This document shows positions 18,307-28,104 of a DNA stretch of 64,000 nt, piece after piece. Each line of letters starts with the position of its first letter. Within the stretch, counting starts at the first letter, position 1. This stretch comes from Candidatus Paceibacter sp. (GTDB lineage: Bacteria > Patescibacteriota > Patescibacteriia > S139-126), in NCBI GenBank assembly GCA_020724865.1, contig DYGA01000001.1, positions 196,624-260,623 of the forward strand, written 5' to 3'. A model generated the notes under the pieces. It was not told the origin of the DNA, did not search any database, and was given only the letters and a program-made list of their open reading frames with translations. Both the position numbers and the translations under genes were made by a program.

Positions 18307-18810
18307 ATGCACAAAAATAAATTTTTAATTTTATCAATAATTTTGGTAGCCATAGGATTTTTATTTTCTGGTTGTACAAAGAAAGTTGCGGAAAAAACAA
18401 CTGAAAAAATAATAGAAAAAAATGTTGGCTCTGAAGCTAATGTAGATTTAAATAATGATCAACTTACTATTGAAACTGAACAGGGTGTTTATCAAGCTGG
18501 AGAACAAGTGTCACTGCCCGATGGATTTCCTGATGACGTTTACGTAATTGATGGCAATATTGTAGCAGCCATGGCTATGACTGAAGAGCAGGGTTATTCA
18601 GTGTCGGTAGTAACTAATAAATCTGTAAGTGAAGTCAAATCAGAGTACGAAGAAAAATTAAAAGCTGCTGATTGGAATATCAATTTGCGAATGGACTATG
18701 GCGAATCGGCCACTTTATCTGCTACCAAAGCTAATCGCACGGTTAGTGTATCGGCCACTGCTAGTAGTGACGGTACGACTGTTACCATTGTGACAGGTAA
18801 TAATTTATAA
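18307..18810 (+). CDS. Hypothetical lipoprotein
   Basis: FSGC lipobox; LPDGFPDDV motif. Confidence 0.75.
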   Translation: MHKNKFLILSIILVAIGFLFSGCTKKVAEKTTEKIIEKNVGSEANVDLNNDQLTIETEQGVYQAGEQVSLPDGFPDDVYVIDGNIVAAMAMTEEQGYSVSVVTNKSVSEVKSEYEEKLKAADWNINLRMDYGESATLSATKANRTVSVSATASSDGTTVTIVTGNNL

Positions 18811-18815
18811 ACAAA

Positions 18816-19358
18816 ATGGTACCAAAAAAAATATTTTTTACCAAAGGTTTAGGTATACACAAAGATCGGTTGGCATCCTTTGAATTGGCTTTGCGTGATG
18901 CTGGGATTGAAAAGTGTAATTTGGTTACGGTATCAAGTATTTTTCCGCCCCAAGCAAAAATAATATCTAAAGAAGAAGGTTTAAAACTCTTGCAACCGGG
19001 CCAGATTACTTTTTGTGTTATGGCTAGAAATGATACCAATGAACCCAACCGTTTAATTTCCGCTGCCGTGGGTATTGCTATTCCTAAAGATACTAATAAC
19101 TATGGTTATCTATCAGAACATCACAGTTATGGAGAGGTGGCTAAAAAATCAGGTGAATATGCTGAAGATTTAGCGGCCACAATGCTGGCAACAACTTTGG
19201 GGATTGAATTTGATCCGGATAAAAGTTGGGATGAACGCGAACAGATTTATAAAGCCAGTGGACATATTTTTAAAACCAATCATATTTGCCAATCAGCTGA
19301 AGGTAATAAAGATGGCCTGTGGACCAGCGTGATTTCCGCTGCTGTTTTTGCTGAATAA
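18816..19358 (+). CDS. Pyruvoyl-dependent arginine decarboxylase
   Basis: [25 protein letters not shown] with the Ser-Ser self-cleavage site; YGYLSEHH. Confidence 0.9.
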   Translation: MVPKKIFFTKGLGIHKDRLASFELALRDAGIEKCNLVTVSSIFPPQAKIISKEEGLKLLQPGQITFCVMARNDTNEPNRLISAAVGIAIPKDTNNYGYLSEHHSYGEVAKKSGEYAEDLAATMLATTLGIEFDPDKSWDEREQIYKASGHIFKTNHICQSAEGNKDGLWTSVISAAVFAE

Positions 19359-19379
19359 CTGAAAAAAATTATTTAATAC

Positions 19380-19409
19380 AAAAACCCACCTCCAGTAGAG
19401 GTGGGTTTT
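19380..19409. terminator. Bidirectional intrinsic terminator
   Basis: AAAACCCACCTC-CAGTA-GAGGTGGGTTTT. Confidence 0.85.
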
Positions 19410-19482
19410 GCTTTTCCCCATGCCGAATATGCCTAATTCGGCAATGCTAGAAGTCAACTATCTAGCTGCTAGCATTGCCGTA

Positions 19483-20211
19483 TTAGTAAGGTTTATATGG
19501 ATCAACGCGAGTAAGCCAGAACCAAGCGCCTTTTTTTTCTAAATAAACATTAATTCCGTTAATTTGGAGTTCATATTTATGATCATATACTCGATCAGCA
19601 GCTCCTCGTCCGTCCAGGTAAAATTCAAAAGTCGCAATTTCCCCAGGACCAACTTGTTGTTCACTCATCTGAGTAATGTTTGTAGGACTAAGCCAAGTTT
19701 GATCACGAAAATGACTTAAATTTCCTTGGTGATCAGTACTTATTAGCAAAGTATTTTCTTTTTTCCAAGTTTGGTTGGTTAAGTTTTGTATTTTAAAATA
19801 TGTTTTTGGTCGCCAAACATTTAAAATGGCGATGGGTAAGTTATGTTCAACTAGTAAAGCTTCAATAGTTTGGTTAGTTTCTTCCTGGGTGGGTTCTTGC
19901 AATTGAGCAATTTTCTTTTCAATATTTTCTTGTAAATATATTGGGGCGGTGGAAGTCGGGATATAAAAAAATCTAGTACTGGTGGATGGTAGTAGAATTT
20001 CAAATTCTTTGCCCGGCAACCAGTTAATTATGCCAAATTGTTGTTGTATATCATTTTTGGTGATAGGGGTTGTAGTTTTTTTTAGATAAACCTGAGTAAA
20101 ATATTTATCTAAAAAATTGTTGGCTAGGGAAATTTTGGTTACAAAAAAAGCACCGATGCATATCGCTGCAGTAAATATAAAAATATTTAAATATTTGGCA
20201 CAGGGTTTCAT
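19483..20211 (-). CDS. Secreted protein with C-terminal Ig-like (NBR1-type) domain
   Basis: N-terminal hydrophobic segment; FKIQNLTNQTW...VGPGEIATFEF. Confidence 0.6.
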   Translation of the reverse strand: MKPCAKYLNIFIFTAAICIGAFFVTKISLANNFLDKYFTQVYLKKTTTPITKNDIQQQFGIINWLPGKEFEILLPSTSTRFFYIPTSTAPIYLQENIEKKIAQLQEPTQEETNQTIEALLVEHNLPIAILNVWRPKTYFKIQNLTNQTWKKENTLLISTDHQGNLSHFRDQTWLSPTNITQMSEQQVGPGEIATFEFYLDGRGAADRVYDHKYELQINGINVYLEKKGAWFWLTRVDPYKPY

Positions 20212-20287
20212 TTTTTTGTTTTTGTTTTTCCTCTAATTTTGGAGGTTTTTTATTGCCTATATATAAATTATAGCATTTTTTTTGATT

Positions 20288-21571
20288 TTAGTCAATAGAT
20301 TTAGTTCTAAAATATAATAATATTGCGGGTAAAAATAAAATAAAGTAAAACAGAATAGATAAATCGTTTTTAAAATACGGCGTATCTAAAAGACCGTGTG
20401 TCAAAGTAGCGATTAGAGCTGACAGACTTCCAGCTAAATACCACCAATCCAGTGAATCAAGATTTTGATGTAAAAGTTTGTAAACAGTTTTTCCGTAAAT
20501 AAATATCAAATAGCTAAATGCTAACAGTCCTAGCAGTCCTACTTCCAACCAAATATTTAAAAATAAGTTATGGGCTTTAACCACTTCCCATTCTAGAGGA
20601 GGTTGAAACATGGCAAAAGCCTGCGCGCGATAAGGTTGATAAAAATTTCCCAGTCCCACGCCTAGAATTGGTTTTTGTTTTAGTAACTCAAGAGAGATTT
20701 CCCAGATTTGTAAGCGGGTGGTAAGGGAGTTGCGCTCAGTTAAATTGATAATTTTTTGGAATTTGGATTGACCAGCAATGATTAGACTGCCAGCTAAACA
20801 TAAAAATAAAAAAATAATAGTAGCAATTTTTTTTATTTTTTTATCACTAATAAAAACAAGAAGAATTATAATTCCCGCCACTAGCCCTAAAAATCCACCG
20901 TATGATTTGGTATACCATAAAGCAACCAACTGCAGACTAATAAGAAAGCTGATTAGAATTCGTCTGCGCAGAGTAAAACTGTTTTTTAATTCTCCCCAGC
21001 CCAAAAAAATTATCGGTACTACCAGCATGGCTACATAGTTAGCTGGTTTGTATACAGAATTAAGTAGTCCGTCAGCCTGCATACCAAAATTAAAAATATA
21101 TTCCAATAAACCCCAGATCGCCACCAATGCCCCACTGCCTAGCAGACCGGTGATTACATACTTAAGGTCAGATTTATTTTTTATCAAAATTAAACTAACC
21201 AGTAAAAATAAAATTGGATCAAACCACCAACCCTTGAGTACCCCAGCTGATAATCGTAAATCTGGAGAAATAATTGTCGCAATGGTGGCGGCTAAAAACC
21301 AAAATAATACTGCCCACCACAGCGGTTTATAATTGCGCCATATCAATAATAAAGTGTTTTTCAGTTGAGCTGATCTGACTAAAGAAATAAAAGTAATGAG
21401 TGCTAAAATATAAATAGCCAATTCCAGCCAAGTGGTAGGAATAAACCAAATTTGGGTTCGTAGTAGATAAGTGGGCAATAACATCAATAGTAACCAGCCA
21501 GCTAGACGGATATTTAAAAAAGCGATTAAAGCAAAGAAAAACAGGCTTAAGTAAAAAATGGCAATCATCAT
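20288..21571 (-). CDS. O-antigen ligase/Wzy-like membrane protein
   Basis: TKSYGG, RLQIW, PILGVGLGNF, AHNLFL. Confidence 0.88.
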   Translation of the reverse strand: MMIAIFYLSLFFFALIAFLNIRLAGWLLLMLLPTYLLRTQIWFIPTTWLELAIYILALITFISLVRSAQLKNTLLLIWRNYKPLWWAVLFWFLAATIATIISPDLRLSAGVLKGWWFDPILFLLVSLILIKNKSDLKYVITGLLGSGALVAIWGLLEYIFNFGMQADGLLNSVYKPANYVAMLVVPIIFLGWGELKNSFTLRRRILISFLISLQLVALWYTKSYGGFLGLVAGIIILLVFISDKKIKKIATIIFLFLCLAGSLIIAGQSKFQKIINLTERNSLTTRLQIWEISLELLKQKPILGVGLGNFYQPYRAQAFAMFQPPLEWEVVKAHNLFLNIWLEVGLLGLLAFSYLIFIYGKTVYKLLHQNLDSLDWWYLAGSLSALIATLTHGLLDTPYFKNDLSILFYFILFLPAILLYFRTKSID

Positions 21572-22989
21572 GTTTTTACCATAGCTCTAATTTTACTAAA
21601 AGAAAATACTTTACTGTATTTAAGTCCAAATAAATACACCAGTGTGCTTAAAATTATATTAATTATTACTGGCCAGTCGCGGATTATAAAAGTAATCGAA
21701 CCCATCAATAAACTGATTAAAAATATTTTATAAAAATTGATAAATGACAATTTTAGTAAAGTGTATTTTTTGGTTAAATATAAATAACTTATCATCACTA
21801 AGCCTTCTATAACCAATGTAGTCAAAGCCGCAGCCCCAGCGCCTCCAGACGGGATGAAGACAAAGTACAGCGCTAAAGCCAGTAGGGAAGCCGTTACGGC
21901 AATGGGGAGAATATTTTTTTGTTTGCCGATGGCGACGATAATATAAGTGAAAAGTTGAGTATAAAAAATACAAGCCGTAGCTAGCAGTAATATTTGTAAC
22001 AAATAATCAGCTTCAGAAAATTCTTTACCCGCCAGCAAAGTAATTAATGGTCTGGCTAAAATAATTCCACCAACTAGCAGCGGGATTAAAAAAGCATGAA
22101 AGACATCCAAACCCAATTTAATCTGTTGCCAGAAAAGTTCTTTGTTGGTTTGGTAGTATTTGGTGAGTTGGGGTAGTAGTAGTCCTAAAAATATTGGAGG
22201 CAAAGAGATAAGTACTTCTAAAATACGGTAAGGCGCCGCATATAGCCCCACGGTGCTAGCCGGATGAAAAATAGATAAGATAATAGTATCGGTTTTAAAA
22301 TAAAATAGATTGAATATGGTTGCTAGCGCCAGCGGCCAAGCTAAAATAATAATTTTCTTTTGGTAATTTGTATCAAAATAAAGTTTGATTCTAATTAATT
22401 TTTTACTTAATTGCCAAATTACCACAGTACCAATAATATTGGCCAAAGTAATCAAGGCGGCAACTGATAAAATACCCCAGTTTTGCCATACCGCAATCAA
22501 CAATAAAATCATGGTCAATAATTTGCTGATAATTTCTACCCAAGCGCCCCTAGCCATTGCCAGATGTTTCTGAAAAATTGCAGTCAGAATTTGATTGATA
22601 AGCTGACATAAAAATGATCCAGCCAAAAAAGTTATTACCAATTTAGTCAAAGTGTCATAAGGCATTAACCAACCTAAGGCGATGCTGATTAGCAGTAATG
22701 ACCCACCGGAAATAATCCGCAGCGACATTATATTGCCAGTAATTTTTTGCTGTTCGCTCGGGTCATCAGTTTTTCCTAGTTCTGACAAAAGTACCAAGTA
22801 CAAACCAAAATCAACCAGAATGCCAAAAAATTGCAACCAAGCTAAAGCCGTGGCATAAGTACCAAATCCCGCGGTACCTAAATAACGAGTCATAATTGCA
22901 ATGGTGATAATACCTATGATTATTCCCAAAACCTTGGCGCCTAAATGCCAGGCAGAGTTTTTGGCGATTAATTCGGTAGCAGTGGTCAT
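21568..22989 (-). CDS. Wzx-type polysaccharide flippase
   Basis: RYLG..GFG.Y, DFGL, DTIILS, VGLYAAPYR; many TM helices. Confidence 0.88.
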   Translation of the reverse strand: MTTATELIAKNSAWHLGAKVLGIIIGIITIAIMTRYLGTAGFGTYATALAWLQFFGILVDFGLYLVLLSELGKTDDPSEQQKITGNIMSLRIISGGSLLLISIALGWLMPYDTLTKLVITFLAGSFLCQLINQILTAIFQKHLAMARGAWVEIISKLLTMILLLIAVWQNWGILSVAALITLANIIGTVVIWQLSKKLIRIKLYFDTNYQKKIIILAWPLALATIFNLFYFKTDTIILSIFHPASTVGLYAAPYRILEVLISLPPIFLGLLLPQLTKYYQTNKELFWQQIKLGLDVFHAFLIPLLVGGIILARPLITLLAGKEFSEADYLLQILLLATACIFYTQLFTYIIVAIGKQKNILPIAVTASLLALALYFVFIPSGGAGAAALTTLVIEGLVMISYLYLTKKYTLLKLSFINFYKIFLISLLMGSITFIIRDWPVIINIILSTLVYLFGLKYSKVFSFSKIRAMVKT

Positions 22990-23344
22990 AATAGGTTGAA
23001 ATAGTTTAATGTCTGGATTGATTATGAATTATAATTGCACAATTTTAGTGTTCCCTTTAAGTTATAAATAAGAGGGATAATAAAATTATAGCAATGCACC
23101 CAGTATCAGACAAATTACGTCACTAAATTATATTAGTATATAAATTAGTATATACAAACAAAGTTAAAGCAAAATATATTTATTATTTTTTTTAAAAATA
23201 TTTAATTATAAATTATGGAAATTACTTTGTGGAAGTATAAATTTTGTCATATACCAGAGATTAAGCAAAAATTATAATAATTAAATCTTTTTTCCACTAA
23301 AAGTTAATAGTTCGTAATATAATAAAAAAATAAAAATATTTTAA

Positions 23345-23373
23345 TTGACAAAAGTTAAAAAATATGCTAAAAT
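23345..23373 (+). promoter_or_regulatory. Sigma70-type promoter
   Basis: TTGACA-N17-TAAAAT with TG extended -10. Confidence 0.7.
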
Positions 23374-23469
23374 ATAAATATACGAGATTATAAAGTAGAT
23401 TGTAGATTTTAGTAAAAATGAGTCCAAAAAATGGACTAAAAAAAAATAAAAATAAAAACCAAAATAAAA

Positions 23470-24735
23470 ATGAATTTAGATGATCGACAATCAAAATCTG
23501 TTTTAGTTGTTAATGACAAGCTAACTACAAGTAATAATTTGTTTGTGAGCGCGGGCTTGTCTTTTTTTGTAGCTGTGGTAATTATTAGTTTTTCAGCTGG
23601 AGTAATGCGTTTGGCTAGTGAATATTTGCAAGGTCATAAGATTTTTAATTTTTCAGTAAAACAACAAGTATTTATTGATGAATCACCTGATTTTACAATT
23701 TATTTTCCGGATGAAGAAAAAAACGTTAGGGTAATACCGAAAGTAGTTGAACAGGAAAACAAAGCTGGCCCACCAGTAAGTAAAGTAGAAAATTGGTTTG
23801 CCGACTGGATACCTGTCCTAGTAGCTCAAGCAGCTACAAATCCAGAGATATTAACAACAGACACAATAAATTTAACCTCACCGCCAATTCGGGTGGGGTT
23901 ATTTTGGACTAAAAGAGTGGAAAAATTCAGTAGTTTAGGAGGTTTTCAATTATTTGCCGGTGAGGAGTTGGTATTATCAAGCAACGGGCAAGAGCCAATA
24001 CTTATGTGGTATGATAGTAAAGAAAAAAAATATTTTTTTACTCATCAGAATATAACCAAAGATTATGAACAACCCTTAAGACTTCAAGGTTTAAATCAGG
24101 CAATTTTACAAATTGATTCTTATGCCAATCCACCCAGTTGGAATCAAACTTTATCGGATAACCAATTTAGGGGTAGTTTGGAAATATATCATGCTACCGG
24201 CACCGATCAAACTTGGATAATAAACGAGTTACCTTTGGAAGATTATTTAAAGGGTTTAGGTGAAACTAGATCAACCGATCATATTGAATATTTAAAAACC
24301 ATGACCGTAGTGGGCAGAACTTATGCTTATTGGCACAAGTTGGATAATTTTAAACACGGTCATCAGGGTTTTCATATAGATGCTTTTTATGATCAGGTTT
24401 ATCGTGGTTATGCTAATGAATTAAGACACCCTGAATTGGTCAAAGCGGTAGAGGAAACGCACGGTGAGGTAGTTACTTATCAGGGTGAGGTAGCAATTAC
24501 TCCTTATTTTGCCCGGAGTAATGGTCGGACAAAAAATTGGTCAGAAGTTTGGTATCAAGATCCGTATCCTTGGATTAAATCGGTAGTGGTTCCAGAAGAA
24601 AAAGGTTTTAGTCAATTGGGGCACGGAGTTGGTTTGTCTGGAGTTGGAGCCATGATCAAGGCCAAGAACGGTGAAACCTACCAAGACATAATCAAATATT
24701 TTTATCATGATGTAGAAATAAAATCTGTTTATTGA
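23470..24735 (+). CDS. SpoIID/LytB domain protein (putative lytic transglycosylase)
   Basis: INELPLEDYLKG..E, RTYA, DQVYRG, GHGVGLS. Confidence 0.85.
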   Translation: MNLDDRQSKSVLVVNDKLTTSNNLFVSAGLSFFVAVVIISFSAGVMRLASEYLQGHKIFNFSVKQQVFIDESPDFTIYFPDEEKNVRVIPKVVEQENKAGPPVSKVENWFADWIPVLVAQAATNPEILTTDTINLTSPPIRVGLFWTKRVEKFSSLGGFQLFAGEELVLSSNGQEPILMWYDSKEKKYFFTHQNITKDYEQPLRLQGLNQAILQIDSYANPPSWNQTLSDNQFRGSLEIYHATGTDQTWIINELPLEDYLKGLGETRSTDHIEYLKTMTVVGRTYAYWHKLDNFKHGHQGFHIDAFYDQVYRGYANELRHPELVKAVEETHGEVVTYQGEVAITPYFARSNGRTKNWSEVWYQDPYPWIKSVVVPEEKGFSQLGHGVGLSGVGAMIKAKNGETYQDIIKYFYHDVEIKSVY

Positions 24736-24750
24736 ATTTTTATTCTATAC

Positions 24751-24789
24751 AAAAACCCGCTGTGATGAACAGTCGTTAGCGGGTTTTTT
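24751..24789. terminator. Bidirectional intrinsic terminator
   Basis: AAAAACCCGCT...AGCGGGTTTTTT. Confidence 0.75.
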
Positions 24790-24800
24790 GTTGGTAGATT

Positions 24801-26063
24801 TTATTTTTTTAGAACAGTTTTGGTTTTCTTTTCTTTTTTTTCTTTATCTTTTTTTTCTACTTTTTCAACTTTAGTTGCAGTAGTGGGCTTGGTTTTGGTT
24901 GATTCTACTGGAGTGACATTTTTTTCTTTGTCTCCAGTTGGTGTGGAATTATTTTTTTGTTTTAAAGCTTTTAAAGATAACCCTAGACGGTGTTCTTGAG
25001 GTTCAATAGAAACAATTTTAAAATCATAATTTTCTCCAATTTTTAAAACTTCGCCAGCATTTTTTATTGGATAATCAGCTAGCTCGCTAATATGTGCTAA
25101 TCCGTGAATATCGCGGTCTAGTTCAACAAAAGCACCAAAGTCATTGGTTTTTAAAACTTTACCGTTGACAGTTTGGCCAATTTTATATTTTTTTTCTACA
25201 TCTTTCCAAGGATCTTCATGCAAAGCCTTGATGGATAGAGATATTTTTGAACCATCTATTTCAATTATTTTTGCTTCAACTTCTTCTCCAACTTTTATAT
25301 AGTCTCTGGGATTGTCAATTCTTTGCCAGGCAATCTCTGAAATATGGACTAAGCCTTCCATATTATCGCCAAACTCAACAAAAGCACCAAAATCAACCAC
25401 GCCGGTGATTTTGCCTTTAACTACTTGACCGACTTGGAATTTACTAATTGTATCTTTTTGCTGTTCTTCCCAGGCGGCTCGTTCGGAAACAATTAGTTTA
25501 TTTTCTTTTTCATCAACATCAATAATTTTAGCTTCAAAATCTTGATTGATATAACTTTTTAGAATTTCTAAAATTTTATTTTTATCACCACCTTCTACGC
25601 GTGGATAATGTTCGGTAGTGAGTTGGGAAACAGGCATAAAACCCATAACTCCACCAACTTTACACATCAACCCGCCTTTATTGGCATCAATAATTTTAGT
25701 GGTAATAATCGTGCCTTTTTGTTTAATTTCTTCCAAATTTTCCCAAGCTTTTTGGTGTCCAGCTTGGCGAAAAGAAAGTTCCAAGATACCACGTTCATTT
25801 TCTTCTTCTAAAACAGTGGCATAAACTTCGTCGCCGATTTTGAGAGTGGTGTGGTCTCCTGATTCGTCTTCTAATTCTTTGCCTCGCACTAAGCCAGTAG
25901 TGAGACCGTTGATGTCAAGTAATACTTCATTTTTACCGATGTTAATAACGGTTCCTTTGACCAGTTCTCCAATTTTAGGAAATTTTTGATTTTTGATTTC
26001 TTCCATCAGTTCAGCCATTTTGCCTGAAGTGGGGATGGAATCGTTGGTAATTTTTTTTGTCAT
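24801..26063 (-). CDS. rpsA: 30S ribosomal protein S1 (four S1 domains, Lys-rich tail)
   Basis: Repeated FGAFVE and GLVHISE S1 motifs. Confidence 0.9.
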   Translation of the reverse strand: MTKKITNDSIPTSGKMAELMEEIKNQKFPKIGELVKGTVINIGKNEVLLDINGLTTGLVRGKELEDESGDHTTLKIGDEVYATVLEEENERGILELSFRQAGHQKAWENLEEIKQKGTIITTKIIDANKGGLMCKVGGVMGFMPVSQLTTEHYPRVEGGDKNKILEILKSYINQDFEAKIIDVDEKENKLIVSERAAWEEQQKDTISKFQVGQVVKGKITGVVDFGAFVEFGDNMEGLVHISEIAWQRIDNPRDYIKVGEEVEAKIIEIDGSKISLSIKALHEDPWKDVEKKYKIGQTVNGKVLKTNDFGAFVELDRDIHGLAHISELADYPIKNAGEVLKIGENYDFKIVSIEPQEHRLGLSLKALKQKNNSTPTGDKEKNVTPVESTKTKPTTATKVEKVEKKDKEKKEKKTKTVLKK

Positions 26064-26321
26064 TTAATTATTAAATTAACCTTTTTTGACTCAAAGGTCC
26101 TGCCTACCACAGGTTTTATTAAATAGTAGGATTAACCCTATTACTTTATAGGAAAGTTTATATTTTGGCAAGACTAAGCCTTTTTGGGTTATAATGTAGA
26201 TAGTTTAATAATAATTAATGACAAATTGTTAATTAATAGTCAATTGTTAAATCTAATAATTATTAATTAGTAATTTATTAGTCATTAGAAATTAATAATT
26301 AGTTATTAATCATCATCTCCC

Positions 26322-26969
26322 ATGGGTTGGTATTCTGGAAAAAAACCTATTTATAAATTAAATCAACTGCGGCTTGGTAAAACGCAACAGGAAGAGTTTT
26401 TGCATTCGCATTTAAAAATGAATACTCGTCAGATTAAAGAATTAAAAGAAAAGCTGGGCGGCAAAGCTTTGTCGGAAGGTAAACTTTTGACCGCTAGTCA
26501 ATGGCAAAAAATAATGCAAGAACACGAACCGAACATTAAGGAAAAATGGCACGAATTTGTTAAACAAAAGGAAAAAGAATACCAAAATTATGTGGCAGAG
26601 GTAAAAAAAGAAAATATTAAAAAGGTTAGGGAAATGGAAAGAAAGCAAGAAGCAGCTGATAAAATGGTAAAAAAATTAACTGGCAGAGAAAAGCCCGGAT
26701 CTTGGCGGGAAAAAATAAAAAAATCTATTGTTGCCGATAGAATTGATGTAAAAAATAGTGATTTGACTCCAGCCGCGCAAAGAGTTTTGCGTAAAAAAGA
26801 AGAATTAATCAATCGAAAAAAAACCGAATGGGTTCACGCTGATACGGGTAAGGCCACTACTGTCCATGAGTGGGAAGAAAAAAAGAAAAACGATAATACA
26901 GATAAAATTGAGACAGATATTGACCAAGTCAAAGAAGAGGCTAAGAAACTCCCTGATATGCAGATTTAA
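26322..26969 (+). CDS. Hypothetical Lys/Glu-rich protein
   Basis: 215-aa ORF; no recognised motif. Confidence 0.6.
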   Translation: MGWYSGKKPIYKLNQLRLGKTQQEEFLHSHLKMNTRQIKELKEKLGGKALSEGKLLTASQWQKIMQEHEPNIKEKWHEFVKQKEKEYQNYVAEVKKENIKKVREMERKQEAADKMVKKLTGREKPGSWREKIKKSIVADRIDVKNSDLTPAAQRVLRKKEELINRKKTEWVHADTGKATTVHEWEEKKKNDNTDKIETDIDQVKEEAKKLPDMQI

Positions 26970-27057
26970 TTAGGAAACAAAGGCCTAATTTAAGATTGAT
27001 TTTATTGGTAAAAAATGATAAAATTTTATTTGTGGATATAGGTTAAATAAATAAAAT

Positions 27058-27699
27058 ATGCAAGCAGAATGGTTCGGACAAACGTTTATTAGAATGCAAT
27101 TAAAATCACCACAAAATGGTGATTCTAATTTGCTTATTGATCCCTATCAGACAAAAAGTTTAGGTATGCGTCAGCCAAAAATGGAGGCTGATGTGATTTT
27201 GTCAAATAGCGGTAAATTAGATAGTAAATTGGTCATCCCTCAGGGCTCATTTGTAATTACTGCTCCAGGCGAATATGAAATAAAGCAAATATTTATTTAT
27301 GGTCTGCCAGAATACGATCCTGACGGGTTAGCAACTGGTAAAATAATGTATGTGATTGAAGGAGAAAATATGACCATGGCTCATTTAGGCAGAATAACTC
27401 AAGAAAATTTATTTGAGTCACAGTTGGAATATTTGGAAAATGTTGATATTTTATTTATTCCTGTTGGAGGTGGTGATGGTTTGACGCCTAAACAGGCCGC
27501 TAAGATTTGTCAGCAAATTGATCCTCGAGTTGTAGTGCCTATAAATTATGCTTTTGGTAATAATAAGATGCCTTTGGCACAAGTTGATGAATTTGTAAAA
27601 GCTAGTGGTTTAACTAAACCAGAAAAAGTAGAAAAGTTGCGCATAACAAAAAAAGATTTACCCAGTGAAGATACTAGGCTAGTTATTATTGAGATATAA
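27058..27699 (+). CDS. MBL-fold protein (beta-lactamase superfamily), degenerate metal site
   Basis: LLIDPY, PGEYEIK, AHLG, VDILFIPVGG, PRVVVPINY. Confidence 0.8.
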   Translation: MQAEWFGQTFIRMQLKSPQNGDSNLLIDPYQTKSLGMRQPKMEADVILSNSGKLDSKLVIPQGSFVITAPGEYEIKQIFIYGLPEYDPDGLATGKIMYVIEGENMTMAHLGRITQENLFESQLEYLENVDILFIPVGGGDGLTPKQAAKICQQIDPRVVVPINYAFGNNKMPLAQVDEFVKASGLTKPEKVEKLRITKKDLPSEDTRLVIIEI

Positions 27700-27705
27700 T
27701 GTTTT

Positions 27706-28095
27706 ATGTTGTTTTTTCCTCAATTAACACCAGAAAAGAAAAAACAATTAAGTTTTTTGTTGTTAATTAGCATTGGGTTGATTATATTGATCTGGGCGCT
27801 ATGGTTGACAAAATTTGGTTATAGCCGAAAAGAAAAAAATAGCAGTGAATTTTTTAATTTTTTTCAGCTAAGTGGTCAGGAAACAATAGATCAGTACAAT
27901 CAATTCAAAGACCAACTTCAGGCTACTTGGCAACAGGTGGAAAGTACTGTAAATCAAACTCAGAAGCAAGAGAAAATTATTGATCAAATGAAACAGCGAT
28001 TAGCAACTGCTACCACTACCAGTTCTACTACTTCCTCAACTCAAATACAAGTAGATCAAAGCCCAGTAGAATCAATCAATCAATCAGAAGAATAA
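27706..28095 (+). CDS. Hypothetical single-pass membrane protein
   Basis: One TM helix then a Gln/Thr/Ser-rich region; tightly spaced between the MBL gene and gyrA. Confidence 0.6.
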   Translation: MLFFPQLTPEKKKQLSFLLLISIGLIILIWALWLTKFGYSRKEKNSSEFFNFFQLSGQETIDQYNQFKDQLQATWQQVESTVNQTQKQEKIIDQMKQRLATATTTSSTTSSTQIQVDQSPVESINQSEE

Positions 28096-28104
28096 ATTTA
28101 TTTT

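Noticed and set aside
22990-23469. Long AT-rich intergenic region as oriC
   Set aside because: No cluster of consensus DnaA boxes and no dnaA/dnaN; divergent promoters explain it
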